Under the pieces are notes generated by a model. The model was not told the origin of the DNA and made no database searches. It was given only the letters and a program-made list of their open reading frames with translations. A program made the position numbers and the translations under genes. From positions 15,975-79,974 of IMG/VR virus record IMGVR_UViG_3300033182_000678: a stretch of DNA of 64,000 nt. One strand, given 5' to 3'. Positions 16,642-25,614 of the stretch are shown piece after piece; positions within the stretch are counted from its first letter, which is position 1, and each line of letters begins with the position of its first letter. This stretch comes from a virus.

Positions 16642-19383
16642 TTAGAAGTTAATACTCACTCCAATATTTGCATATCTTGGTGTTCCTAAGAATACCTCAG
16701 CGTTATGTGGAGCGTGTACTTTATCACCCCAACTATTGTATTGTGAATTATCAACTGCATCTTGTACAAATACTTCATCAAGAGCATTGAAGATATGACC
16801 TGTTAAGGAAATATCATATCCCTTGATTGGAAGTTTGTATGATGCGTGTAAATCAAGTTTTGAGTAGCCTGGTGCTTCCCAAACTTGAGCTCTGTCTGCA
16901 TCTGAATCACTACCATCGTATTCACGAGCTGATGGTGACCAATCTGCATAGTTTTTGTCGTATGTCTTGTATAGTGCCTGTAGTCTTAGACCTTTTAATG
17001 GTTTAAGAGTAACACCTAAAATATAAGATGTTTGTGGCATATCACCAACATATAGACCATCAAGAGCATATTGATACTCTGTAGTTGTTAATCCAACTAC
17101 TTGACCTTCTTCATTATACTCATTCTCTTGATAAGTACCCTCTGCATCTCCATCAAATTTCCAATTACCAAATGATGCAATTAAATCAAGTTCAACTAAA
17201 TCATTAGGTTTTACTTTGGTTTCAATTTCAATACCTGAGTGTTTTTGATTTACACCTCTTAGGAAGATAATATCAGTATCACCTGATGAACCTTGACCTG
17301 TTGTTACAGATTTTGTAAGGTTTCTATCTTGCCAATCAGTATCATAGGCACTTACTCTAACTCCAAGTTTTTGTGTACCGAAGTTTGCACCAATCTCATT
17401 ATGTAGGAACTTTTCGTTCGCTGGGTCTGATGCTACGGTTCCATCAAAGTAGATAACATTATCTAAGATAGGAGCTTTTTCTACAAGTCCTGTATTTACG
17501 AATAATCCAAGATTATCGTTTACATTAAATAATGCACCACCTTTAACTTGGTAAGTAGTGATTGGGTCTGCAGTTATTACTGCATCCTCAATAGTGAAGT
17601 GGTCTTGATAAGAGTATTCAATACTTGATACTCCACCCATACCATATAGGTTTAGTTTTTCTGTAGTGTAATTACCTTGTACAAATCCACCAATCCAATC
17701 TACGGTTGTTTCATTGAAGTATGCAATCTCGTCACCGAGTCTTACGACTTTACCTTCTTCAAAGTTGTCGTCTGCATAATCAACATAGTAATCACCACCC
17801 AATAAATCACGAACTTCACGAGCGTGTTCTATACGAGCAGTTCTCCAATCAATACCTGTTTGTAATTCTAAATTATCACTAACTACATAGTTTAGTTTAG
17901 AAATCAAACCATAGGTATTTTGACGATTAATAGAGTTTCTTAAGATACCTGTTGAACGATTTTCAGTAATTGAGAAGTTCTCATCAATGTTATCAGAATT
18001 TTGTGCAATCTCAGCATCCCAATCCCATGTCCAAGGTGAACTTGCATACCAAGCATTTCCTTCAATGGCTGGTTTTCTACTGACACTACCATAAGTTCCA
18101 GTACCACCACCAGAACCACCACTCCAATACAATACTGAACTTAGTCTTGTCTTGTCATTGATGGTTAAGAAGTGATTTAAATTCACTAATGGTTTGTGAA
18201 AGAAGTTTTCTCTTTCGTTCAAGAAGTTCTTGTTGAATCTACTTGTTGTGTTCGCTCCATACATATACCAGTATTGTTTACCTGTATATGATGGGTCAAT
18301 AGGTGCGACATTCTGATTGAACAATCTACCAGCTTCAGTAGAGAATTTGTTACCTTCTGCAAATGCATCAGTATCATATCCATCAATACTACCTGCTAAC
18401 TCTTGTGAGTAAGTTGCAATATTCTGTTTGTATAGATTTTGTCCATGTCGTTGTGGAGCACCGATGGCGTATAATTCAAATCGTTGGTCTTCACTTACTG
18501 CATAACTACCACCAAAGTAGTATGCCCAAGCATCAGTCCATGTACCATCTATAATTCCATCACCAGTTTTACGAACAATAGTTCCACTTAAAGCCAACTT
18601 GTCATTTAATAATAGACCAGTATTGTAGTTGAAAGTAGTTTTAAGAAAACCACCATCTCCAGCTTCTTGTTTGAACTTCCCACCTTTTTCAAAAGATGTA
18701 GGGTCGGTTATGATGTTCATAGTTCCACCAATAGAAGGTGTTGCCAAATTAACAGCTGATAGACCTCTCTGAACCTGAATTGAAGATGTAGCATCACCTA
18801 CTCCATCCCAATTAGACCAGTAAACCCATCCGTTCTCCATATCATTTTGGGGAACACCATTTATCATCACTGCAACATTTCTTTGATTAAAACCACGAAT
18901 GTTGATACGAGCATCACCCGCACCACCACCTTGTTGTGTTGCATATACACTTGGTGTAGTGTTAAGAATCATTGGAATGTCTTGTGAACCAAGTCTTACT
19001 TCCATTTCTTCTTTACTAACATTAGTATAGGCCACAGGTGTTGTTTCAGATGCACGAGATGCTAACACCTCAACATCTGATAAGGAAACTACATCAAAAT
19101 CCAATACGAAGTTTAATGTAGTGATACCCTCAACAACTACTGATTTAGTTATTGAAGAGTAACCAATGAAAGAAGCCACTACATCATAGGTTCCATTAGA
19201 AACATCAATAGAAAAAGCACCATCTTTATCTGATACTCCACCTAAATCTGTTCCAAGAACTACAACATTAGCTCCCTCAAGTGGTTTTGAGTCAACATCA
19301 ACAATAGTTCCAACAATAGATTGTGCGAACAATCCTGTCATCAATACCATTGATGCTAATAGATTACGATATTTCATAATCAT
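16642..19383 (-). CDS. TonB-dependent outer-membrane receptor (start probably ATG 19377)
   Basis: Signal peptide, carboxypeptidase-regulatory-like domain (PLEGANVVV..GT), plug (NIRGF, INGVP.ND, IQVQRG), beta-barrel and terminal Phe. Confidence 0.92.
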   Translation of the reverse strand: MIMKYRNLLASMVLMTGLFAQSIVGTIVDVDSKPLEGANVVVLGTDLGGVSDKDGAFSIDVSNGTYDVVASFIGYSSITKSVVVEGITTLNFVLDFDVVSLSDVEVLASRASETTPVAYTNVSKEEMEVRLGSQDIPMILNTTPSVYATQQGGGAGDARINIRGFNQRNVAVMINGVPQNDMENGWVYWSNWDGVGDATSSIQVQRGLSAVNLATPSIGGTMNIITDPTSFEKGGKFKQEAGDGGFLKTTFNYNTGLLLNDKLALSGTIVRKTGDGIIDGTWTDAWAYYFGGSYAVSEDQRFELYAIGAPQRHGQNLYKQNIATYSQELAGSIDGYDTDAFAEGNKFSTEAGRLFNQNVAPIDPSYTGKQYWYMYGANTTSRFNKNFLNERENFFHKPLVNLNHFLTINDKTRLSSVLYWSGGSGGGTGTYGSVSRKPAIEGNAWYASSPWTWDWDAEIAQNSDNIDENFSITENRSTGILRNSINRQNTYGLISKLNYVVSDNLELQTGIDWRTARIEHAREVRDLLGGDYYVDYADDNFEEGKVVRLGDEIAYFNETTVDWIGGFVQGNYTTEKLNLYGMGGVSSIEYSYQDHFTIEDAVITADPITTYQVKGGALFNVNDNLGLFVNTGLVEKAPILDNVIYFDGTVASDPANEKFLHNEIGANFGTQKLGVRVSAYDTDWQDRNLTKSVTTGQGSSGDTDIIFLRGVNQKHSGIEIETKVKPNDLVELDLIASFGNWKFDGDAEGTYQENEYNEEGQVVGLTTTEYQYALDGLYVGDMPQTSYILGVTLKPLKGLRLQALYKTYDKNYADWSPSAREYDGSDSDADRAQVWEAPGYSKLDLHASYKLPIKGYDISLTGHIFNALDEVFVQDAVDNSQYNSWGDKVHAPHNAEVFLGTPRYANIGVSINF

Positions 19384-19407
19384 CTCCTTGTTTGTTTACT
19401 TGTGAAC

Positions 19408-19440
19408 AGCACATTTTTATTCTGGTGTGCTTTCTGCCAG
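19408..19440 (-). promoter_or_regulatory. Candidate H-type pseudoknot in the TonB receptor leader
   Basis: CUGG-cagaa-AGCACA-CCAG-aauaaaaa-UGUGCU; S1 4 bp, S2 6 bp, A-rich L3. Confidence 0.5.
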
Positions 19441-19454
19441 GGTATGTGAAATTT

Positions 19455-21869
19455 TTAACCATTTGCATATTCTTGGTCATCATTATCACCTGCGGTTGGT
19501 GTGATTTCTTCTATATCACAAAAATCACCATCACAGAATTTCTCAACATTTGCCTCTTCTGCTTTAATTACACCGAATGATAACTTACCTAATTTTTTAA
19601 TTTGTTTATTGTATTCTTTTTCATCTATTGCCTCATATGGCATTTGTGGATATGCACCCCAATCATGTCTTGGTAATAGTGATATACCCTTTAGATGATA
19701 TTGGAAATAATTCAATACATTTGGTATTTCATCTCCCTCTGTTTCAGGATTGAATGTTACGGTACAACTTACTTGGTTATCCGCCCAATGTCTTTGTAGG
19801 AATGCTGCTAATGAGAATTGTTCCCATATACTTAAATCTTTAGCAGTTCTAATTCCCTCACCTACATCAACTGGTATCTCAACAACTAATGTGGAATCTT
19901 CTGAACCAAAAGCAGGTTCAATTTTGTAACCTGCTTTTTTCAATGGTTCTACTAAATCCGAATTAATTGATAACCTAATTCTTCTAATGTAAAATCTTGA
20001 TTCAGGATAATGTAAACCTGGTGTTGAACCTGCTAATAATGATACGGTTCCACTTGGTTTTACACTTGTGGTTTTGATTGATTTTGGAATTGCAAACCAA
20101 TCTGAATACATCTTATCCCACTCTTGTATTGTATCATATCCATTCTCCAACCAATTTTTAAACTCATCTAATCCACGATTAGTTACAAACTGAGCTACAC
20201 CACTAACACTACATCCAATTCTTCTGTTTCTCAACATCACTCTGTTTGTGTCAGCCCAATGTGTTCTACCAAGTGTTACAGTCTTGGCATATAGATAAGC
20301 ATATTTAAGTGTTCTCTGATAATCCTCTAACGAATCATGATTACTTGGAAATGTTTCCACTAAACAACATAACTCATATGATTCAAGTGATTGTTCAAGA
20401 CAATTATGGATAAACAAACCAGATGAACACAAATACTTATCATCCAAAGTAGATGTTATCACACCAAAATTATGTGTATCTTCAACGGTCATATCATAAA
20501 CATCTTCATATCCATAAAACTCAACTGATGCAATTTTATGATTCCAAATACCCTGATTGACCATTCCTCTTTTAACATTGGAACAAGAATAACTACAAGT
20601 TTTTCTTTTGGATGCTTGATATTCTGTAAGTGTTTTATGTTCGTTACACACAGGACAATTCCAATTTACCCAAATTGTTCTTTCTTTTCTTTTATCTGAT
20701 ATATGCTTTCTAACACTTTTAGTCATTCCATTTTTAATTGATTCAATCATAAAATCTCTTTGATTATTCCAATTTTCTTTTGATTTTTTACCAATCTTTT
20801 TTAATGTAGATTTTTTATGATGTTTACCATACATACTATTTCTTTCACCAAAATGACCACCATTTTCAAGAGTAGTTTTTTTCATCTTTTCTACATTTAC
20901 AGGGTCATGCATTGGATTTTTATCTAATCTATGTAATCTACTATGTTCCGATTGAGTTATTACATCTAAATTATCCCACCTGTCATTTGTCTTATCAAAA
21001 TCTTTATGATGAATAGCATATTCTTTAGCATCAGGTATGTAACCAAGTTCATATTCTGTAATCAATCTATATTGTCTTATACCACTTGCTCTTTTACCAG
21101 TTCCTCTTATGTTCCTATAACCTTTGTTGTCAAAACTATTAAATGGAAATACCGATTCACCTTCTTGTAAATCTTTAAGTTCTTTATATTCACCATTTCT
21201 CAACATAATTTTATGGTCAGGTGTAGCTAACAAATTAGAACCGTCATCTAATGTTAGTTTCCATATTTCAGTATTTTCTTTTGTTTTCCAAGTTTTAGTT
21301 GATTGTTTAATAACTACTTTACCATTTTTATCAACAGAATAAACTGGATATTGAGTACCAACCAAATCTTTAATTGGAACTGCGTTTCTACCATCAGCTA
21401 CTGCCACTAATGTATCACCAACTACACAAGGATTACCACCAGCTACTCTATGGTCTTTATCATCCCCACCATTCTTCATTCTTGAATAGTGTCTCATGTT
21501 ATCTAACCAAGCCAAACCTGGTTCTCCGTTATCTACGATTCTTTTTGCGATTTCTGTATAATCCATACCGAGTTCTGCAAATACTGAATTGTTTGATGTC
21601 CAACCATATTGGTCTCTATGTGGATTGACTTTGTAATTTTTCAAGTCTAAATACTCTTCTGAGTCAGGGTCACCAAATACAATTTCTGCAGTATTGTGTG
21701 ATACAATAGTTTCATCAATATCATTTTTTGGATTTTTAACAAAGAAGTGATGTTTATCTTCTACTTCAATATCCCACGTCTTTTCTATTTTTCCTTCATC
21801 TATTATATCCATAATAGTAACAAGCTCAAAATCTTCTAAATTAAAATCATTTATACCATATTGATTCAT
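19455..21869 (-). CDS. nrdJ: Class II ribonucleotide reductase, C-terminal part; begins with a split-intein C-half and contains a contiguous HNH intein
   Basis: VSHN|TAEIVFG; NGEPG; GGNP|...|CLEQSLESYELCCL; TSVKPSGTVS; C-terminal FCDGDFC. Confidence 0.93.
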   Translation of the reverse strand: MNQYGINDFNLEDFELVTIMDIIDEGKIEKTWDIEVEDKHHFFVKNPKNDIDETIVSHNTAEIVFGDPDSEEYLDLKNYKVNPHRDQYGWTSNNSVFAELGMDYTEIAKRIVDNGEPGLAWLDNMRHYSRMKNGGDDKDHRVAGGNPCVVGDTLVAVADGRNAVPIKDLVGTQYPVYSVDKNGKVVIKQSTKTWKTKENTEIWKLTLDDGSNLLATPDHKIMLRNGEYKELKDLQEGESVFPFNSFDNKGYRNIRGTGKRASGIRQYRLITEYELGYIPDAKEYAIHHKDFDKTNDRWDNLDVITQSEHSRLHRLDKNPMHDPVNVEKMKKTTLENGGHFGERNSMYGKHHKKSTLKKIGKKSKENWNNQRDFMIESIKNGMTKSVRKHISDKRKERTIWVNWNCPVCNEHKTLTEYQASKRKTCSYSCSNVKRGMVNQGIWNHKIASVEFYGYEDVYDMTVEDTHNFGVITSTLDDKYLCSSGLFIHNCLEQSLESYELCCLVETFPSNHDSLEDYQRTLKYAYLYAKTVTLGRTHWADTNRVMLRNRRIGCSVSGVAQFVTNRGLDEFKNWLENGYDTIQEWDKMYSDWFAIPKSIKTTSVKPSGTVSLLAGSTPGLHYPESRFYIRRIRLSINSDLVEPLKKAGYKIEPAFGSEDSTLVVEIPVDVGEGIRTAKDLSIWEQFSLAAFLQRHWADNQVSCTVTFNPETEGDEIPNVLNYFQYHLKGISLLPRHDWGAYPQMPYEAIDEKEYNKQIKKLGKLSFGVIKAEEANVEKFCDGDFCDIEEITPTAGDNDDQEYANG
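20403..21428 (-). mobile_element. Contiguous intein (342 aa) with HNH endonuclease, NUMOD3-like and Zn-finger motifs
   Basis: Starts CVVGDT, block B ATPDH, IHHKDFDKTNDRWDNL, ends VYDMTVEDTHNF...FIHN; +1 is the Cys of NPCxE. Confidence 0.92.
21693..21869 (-). mobile_element. Split intein C-half (59 aa) of RNR
   Basis: TWDIEVEDKHHFF...IVSHN followed by Thr+1; own AGGAG Shine-Dalgarno. Confidence 0.9.
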
Positions 21870-21880
21870 AATTTTATCTC

Positions 21881-22831
21881 CTAATAAACGTCTAACTTGA
21901 AATCAAATCCAAGTGATTTCACAGCGTTAAATTTTAACTTATTTTTTTCTTTGTCAAATTCAAGTGTATAAGTACTTTTTGTTTCAACAATTAGATTATC
22001 TTTGGGTATATAAAAATCTGGATAATATCGTCTTTTTTTACCATCATAATTATACCATATTTCTGGCATATCTCTCTTTCTATATAAAATATCATTTTCT
22101 TTAAATCCTAATTCAAATAACCTATCTAATGTTTTATTTTCATACCCTTGAATTTTAATTTTCTTTCCCGATGGCATTATATAAAATTTATTAGTGTTAT
22201 AATATCCACGATACCCACTCAATGCCTTTTCTGCAAACTCTGGATTATGCATTGCATTTTCTACACCATACAATTCTAACATTCTGTCTCTAAATTCTTT
22301 AGTTCCAAATTTGAAATAATCTTTTCTACCGTACCTTTCAATAATTGTTTCTTTAACCTTCTTCTTAAACTCATCTGTCTGTGTATAATAATCAACGCCA
22401 TATTCTTTATTTATAAAATCTTTTCTAATTTGTTTATACTCATCAGAATTCACATACGCTGTAGCACCGTATTTTTCTAAATTAGTTTTCATTGTCTTAT
22501 GTTTAATTTCCGGAATTTGTTGTGCATTATTCACACCGTATCTTCTTTGGAAAGTTTTTATCTTCTTCTCCATTATTTCAGTTTCATTACGCTTTTCTTG
22601 TATTTTTTTAATAGAATCTGGAAATTGAAAGGTGTTTTCATATCCATATTTTTCCTTCATCAATTTAGATTGGTGTTTATATCTCATTTTTTTTGCTTTA
22701 TTACTCCACGTACATTTCTTACTACAATAAAATAAACCACTTTCAAGTCTTAGCCTATAATCTCTATTCTTTTTTGTTTCATACTCTACTCCACAAATCC
22801 TACATTTTATTTTTACAATTTCAAGTGCCAT
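21881..22831 (-). CDS. Free-standing putative homing endonuclease (PD-(D/E)XK) between the RNR halves
   Basis: CRICG..CSKKC Zn finger, repeated (K/R)YG motifs, C-terminal YYPDFYIP..NLIVETKS. Confidence 0.75.
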   Translation of the reverse strand: MALEIVKIKCRICGVEYETKKNRDYRLRLESGLFYCSKKCTWSNKAKKMRYKHQSKLMKEKYGYENTFQFPDSIKKIQEKRNETEIMEKKIKTFQRRYGVNNAQQIPEIKHKTMKTNLEKYGATAYVNSDEYKQIRKDFINKEYGVDYYTQTDEFKKKVKETIIERYGRKDYFKFGTKEFRDRMLELYGVENAMHNPEFAEKALSGYRGYYNTNKFYIMPSGKKIKIQGYENKTLDRLFELGFKENDILYRKRDMPEIWYNYDGKKRRYYPDFYIPKDNLIVETKSTYTLEFDKEKNKLKFNAVKSLGFDFKLDVY

Positions 22832-22893
22832 TTTATTTCTCCTACATTCAATAATAAATATAAGAAAAGATAAAAAACATACGTTCCCTGATA

Positions 22894-23178
22894 CTATTTT
22901 TTTGGTTTTACAAGAAAATCTTTATCTCTATTTATATCCTTTACCATCTTCCATTCAAATCCAGTATCTTGATTATACACTAATAAAGTGTGTTTTTCTG
23001 TAGCTTCATATTCTGTACCATTAAGAGTTTTTATTTTAAGAACTTTTTGCTCTCCACTATCAAACGTATTCAATACTCGTTTATAACCATCAGCAGTTAA
23101 AACTTTATCATCCCTCGTTATTTTTTCCATTTGTTTGAAACCATCTTCAGTAAGCACTTCATACCATTTAGGTAAGCA
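22894..23178 (-). mobile_element. Split intein N-half (94 aa) of RNR
   Basis: CLPKWYEVLTEDG block A and ATEKH block B, then stop. Confidence 0.9.
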
Positions 23179-23994
23179 TCTTCTTACATTACCTGCCACA
23201 ACACATTTACCGATTAAATTCATAATATCTACGATGGTTGTGATTGTGATTGGTTCACCACTATTTTTTTCTAATACTTTTCTAATATCATTATGAACTT
23301 CTTCTAAAGGGTCTGGCCCACTTGATACTCCACCAAAACCTTTGATAGGTTCTCCTGCTAATCTGATTTTACTATAATCAAATTCAACTGGTGCCTGACC
23401 ATGAAAATAACTCTCTAATAATAACCTTAAAGATTCTACCCAACCCTCACGAGTATCAGGTATTTCAAACACTTGTGATGTTCTATCTTTATCAATACCC
23501 TTAACTATTATTTCTCCAGCACCTTTTGTATCAAAACCAACACCAACACCTAACATACTTGCATCCATTAAGAAACAAAATGGTTTTGAATAATCTTCTT
23601 TAATGGTTTTTGTTGATACAAATGCACAATTATTTAGTGCTGCATATAAACCTTTTTCTTCGGTGATTGGTGTTCCCATAGCCCACAATCCACGACCTGG
23701 TGGTAAGAATTTCATATTGAAAATTCTATCATACATTTCTTGAGCAGATTTTTGAGCTTGCCAAGGATTCCAACCTAATTGATGTGATTCAATCCAATTC
23801 ATTTGCATTGTATAAGTTCCCTCTACAACTCGTTGTACGGTTTCCCACCAACGCTCATTTTTTCCGTCTTCTTTAATTCTTGAGTATGTTCGCATATAAA
23901 CTAATTCACCTAATCCGTTAAAACCGAATGGTGCTTTTTTTCTTTTGTACTTACTTACAAAATTTTCTGATAACTTAAACTTATGTTCTCCCAT
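22894..23994 (-). CDS. nrdJ: Class II ribonucleotide reductase, N-terminal part fused to a split-intein N-half
   Basis: RTYSR, FLPPGRGLW, LNNCAF, GVGVGFD and VVAGNVRR|CLPK. Confidence 0.93.
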   Translation of the reverse strand: MGEHKFKLSENFVSKYKRKKAPFGFNGLGELVYMRTYSRIKEDGKNERWWETVQRVVEGTYTMQMNWIESHQLGWNPWQAQKSAQEMYDRIFNMKFLPPGRGLWAMGTPITEEKGLYAALNNCAFVSTKTIKEDYSKPFCFLMDASMLGVGVGFDTKGAGEIIVKGIDKDRTSQVFEIPDTREGWVESLRLLLESYFHGQAPVEFDYSKIRLAGEPIKGFGGVSSGPDPLEEVHNDIRKVLEKNSGEPITITTIVDIMNLIGKCVVAGNVRRCLPKWYEVLTEDGFKQMEKITRDDKVLTADGYKRVLNTFDSGEQKVLKIKTLNGTEYEATEKHTLLVYNQDTGFEWKMVKDINRDKDFLVKPKK

Positions 23995-24122
23995 TGTAAC
24001 AAACTCCTTATTGTAAACTTACTTTTTAATTGTCTTCACTATATATGTATTATATATATGGTGGAATACTCCTGAATATATATAAATTTTTTTAATTTTT
24101 TATTAAAAGTTTTTTAGAAGTT

Positions 24123-24593
24123 TTATTCAAACCCATCTGAATCAAAATCCTTCTTCTTTTGAGCCAAGGTTTTTCTAATATACTCATCTGCATTATTCAT
24201 TTTACCTTGTGCATCTCTTCCACCTTGAGTGCTACTTTCATAAATCATAATGTAACCTGTATTGGTATTTATGGTTGCTGGAAAGGTTATTCCATCTGGC
24301 CCAAATCTATTTTTAATAACATGAAAACGACCTGTATTAGCAATCTTATCTTCCACTTTTCTACTCATACTCATAACAAAATCAGCTGTCATAACTTTAC
24401 TATAATCTTCACTAACCTTTTCAGCACCAATCACATCTTCTTCAAGAGCAGAATTGTGTGAATACACATCATTAACGAAAAACATATGCGTATCTACAAC
24501 TGTAATATCAACAGTATATTCTTCACCCACCAATTCAATCAAAACGATTTCATCCATTACAAAATCTTCTGGATTTAAGTTATGCATTTTCAT
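24123..24593 (-). CDS. Split-intein C-half (47 aa, 24453-24593) plus the C-terminal extein of the gp41/DnaB helicase
   Basis: VDITVVDTHMFFVNDVYSHN|SALEED..SEDYSKVMTADF..IKNRFG; AAGGAG Shine-Dalgarno. Confidence 0.9.
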   Translation of the reverse strand: MKMHNLNPEDFVMDEIVLIELVGEEYTVDITVVDTHMFFVNDVYSHNSALEEDVIGAEKVSEDYSKVMTADFVMSMSRKVEDKIANTGRFHVIKNRFGPDGITFPATINTNTGYIMIYESSTQGGRDAQGKMNNADEYIRKTLAQKKKDFDSDGFE

Positions 24594-25560
24594 TTACAAA
24601 CTCCTTACATTTTTTAATCACACCAACCATATCATTTTTATATTCATTATCATTTATCCGCAAAATTTTATATCCTTTACTTTCTAAAATAATATCTCTT
24701 TTAACATCAAGATTTTTATCGTGCCAATACTCACAATCAAATTCAATTATAGAATTTCCACACTTAAAATCCGGCATTATTATTTTATTCGGATAATTAC
24801 TCTCGTGATTTACAAAAAACTGATATTCTTTATTTAATTCAGCAAAATAAGATTTCTTCTTTAACTCATCTTCAAGCTTTTCGTATACTCCCCAAAATAA
24901 TTCTTGTGATATCTTACTATATCCTTTATTAAATAATTTTGATGATGTTTGAGTAATAGCTAATAACCATTCTTTATACTTTTCTTTTCCAGCTTCATAT
25001 CCATACTTTTCAATCATTGTTTCTTCTGTTATTGCCTTTTTCTTGTTGCTTTCTTTATATCTTTCTAAACCTAGCTTTTCACCATACTTTTTTACATAAT
25101 ATTCCAATGAAGAATTATCTTTTATATTTCTACAAATTTCTAACCCTCTTTCTTCACCAAATTCATCAATGTATCTTTGTTTAGATACCAAATAACCATG
25201 ACGGCTATTCCTTTTTTTCCACCTACTATATCCATCTTCTATACCATACCGTTTTTGGTATTCTTCAAGTGATAATCCATTATTCCACTTTTTATTCTTA
25301 AAATTTTCCCTTTGAGTTTTAAGTTTCTTATCTAATCTTTCTTGCCATTTTATTTTACCCAATTCTTCACCATATTTTTCTACACAGGCTTTTAATGAAA
25401 ATGTATTTTTCTTTTTAATCATTTCATTATACCAATCTTTACCATGTTTTTTTATCAATTCTTCTTTTGTTTTACCAAAATTCTTTTTATGATTTTTCCA
25501 CTTACGAAGTCCTTCTTCTTCGCCATACTTTTTTATCCATGCTTGTTTAACTGATGCCAT
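24580..25560 (-). CDS. Free-standing putative homing endonuclease (Vsr/DUF559-like) between the helicase halves
   Basis: Repeated KYGEE.G motifs; C-terminal PDF...IIEFDCEYWH..D..RD..L..KGYKILRI. Confidence 0.8.
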   Translation of the reverse strand: MASVKQAWIKKYGEEEGLRKWKNHKKNFGKTKEELIKKHGKDWYNEMIKKKNTFSLKACVEKYGEELGKIKWQERLDKKLKTQRENFKNKKWNNGLSLEEYQKRYGIEDGYSRWKKRNSRHGYLVSKQRYIDEFGEERGLEICRNIKDNSSLEYYVKKYGEKLGLERYKESNKKKAITEETMIEKYGYEAGKEKYKEWLLAITQTSSKLFNKGYSKISQELFWGVYEKLEDELKKKSYFAELNKEYQFFVNHESNYPNKIIMPDFKCGNSIIEFDCEYWHDKNLDVKRDIILESKGYKILRINDNEYKNDMVGVIKKCKEFVNENA

Positions 25561-25614
25561 TATTGTTCTCCAATATCTTACTCATATATAAATATAACAA
25601 CATCACAAAAATTT

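Noticed and set aside
19390-19455. Cobalamin riboswitch upstream of the TonB receptor
   Set aside because: The interval is too short and has no B12-box; only a small pseudoknot is supported
24085-24125. tttttagaagtttt motif shared with 48756-48769
   Set aside because: Low complexity and only two copies; cannot be separated from chance in AT-rich DNA
21870-25614. Group I/II introns or stop-codon readthrough as the explanation for the split RNR and helicase
   Set aside because: Spacers around the endonuclease genes are 62 nt or less, or overlapping, leaving no room for a ribozyme; frames do not join across the stops; each IntC has its own Shine-Dalgarno
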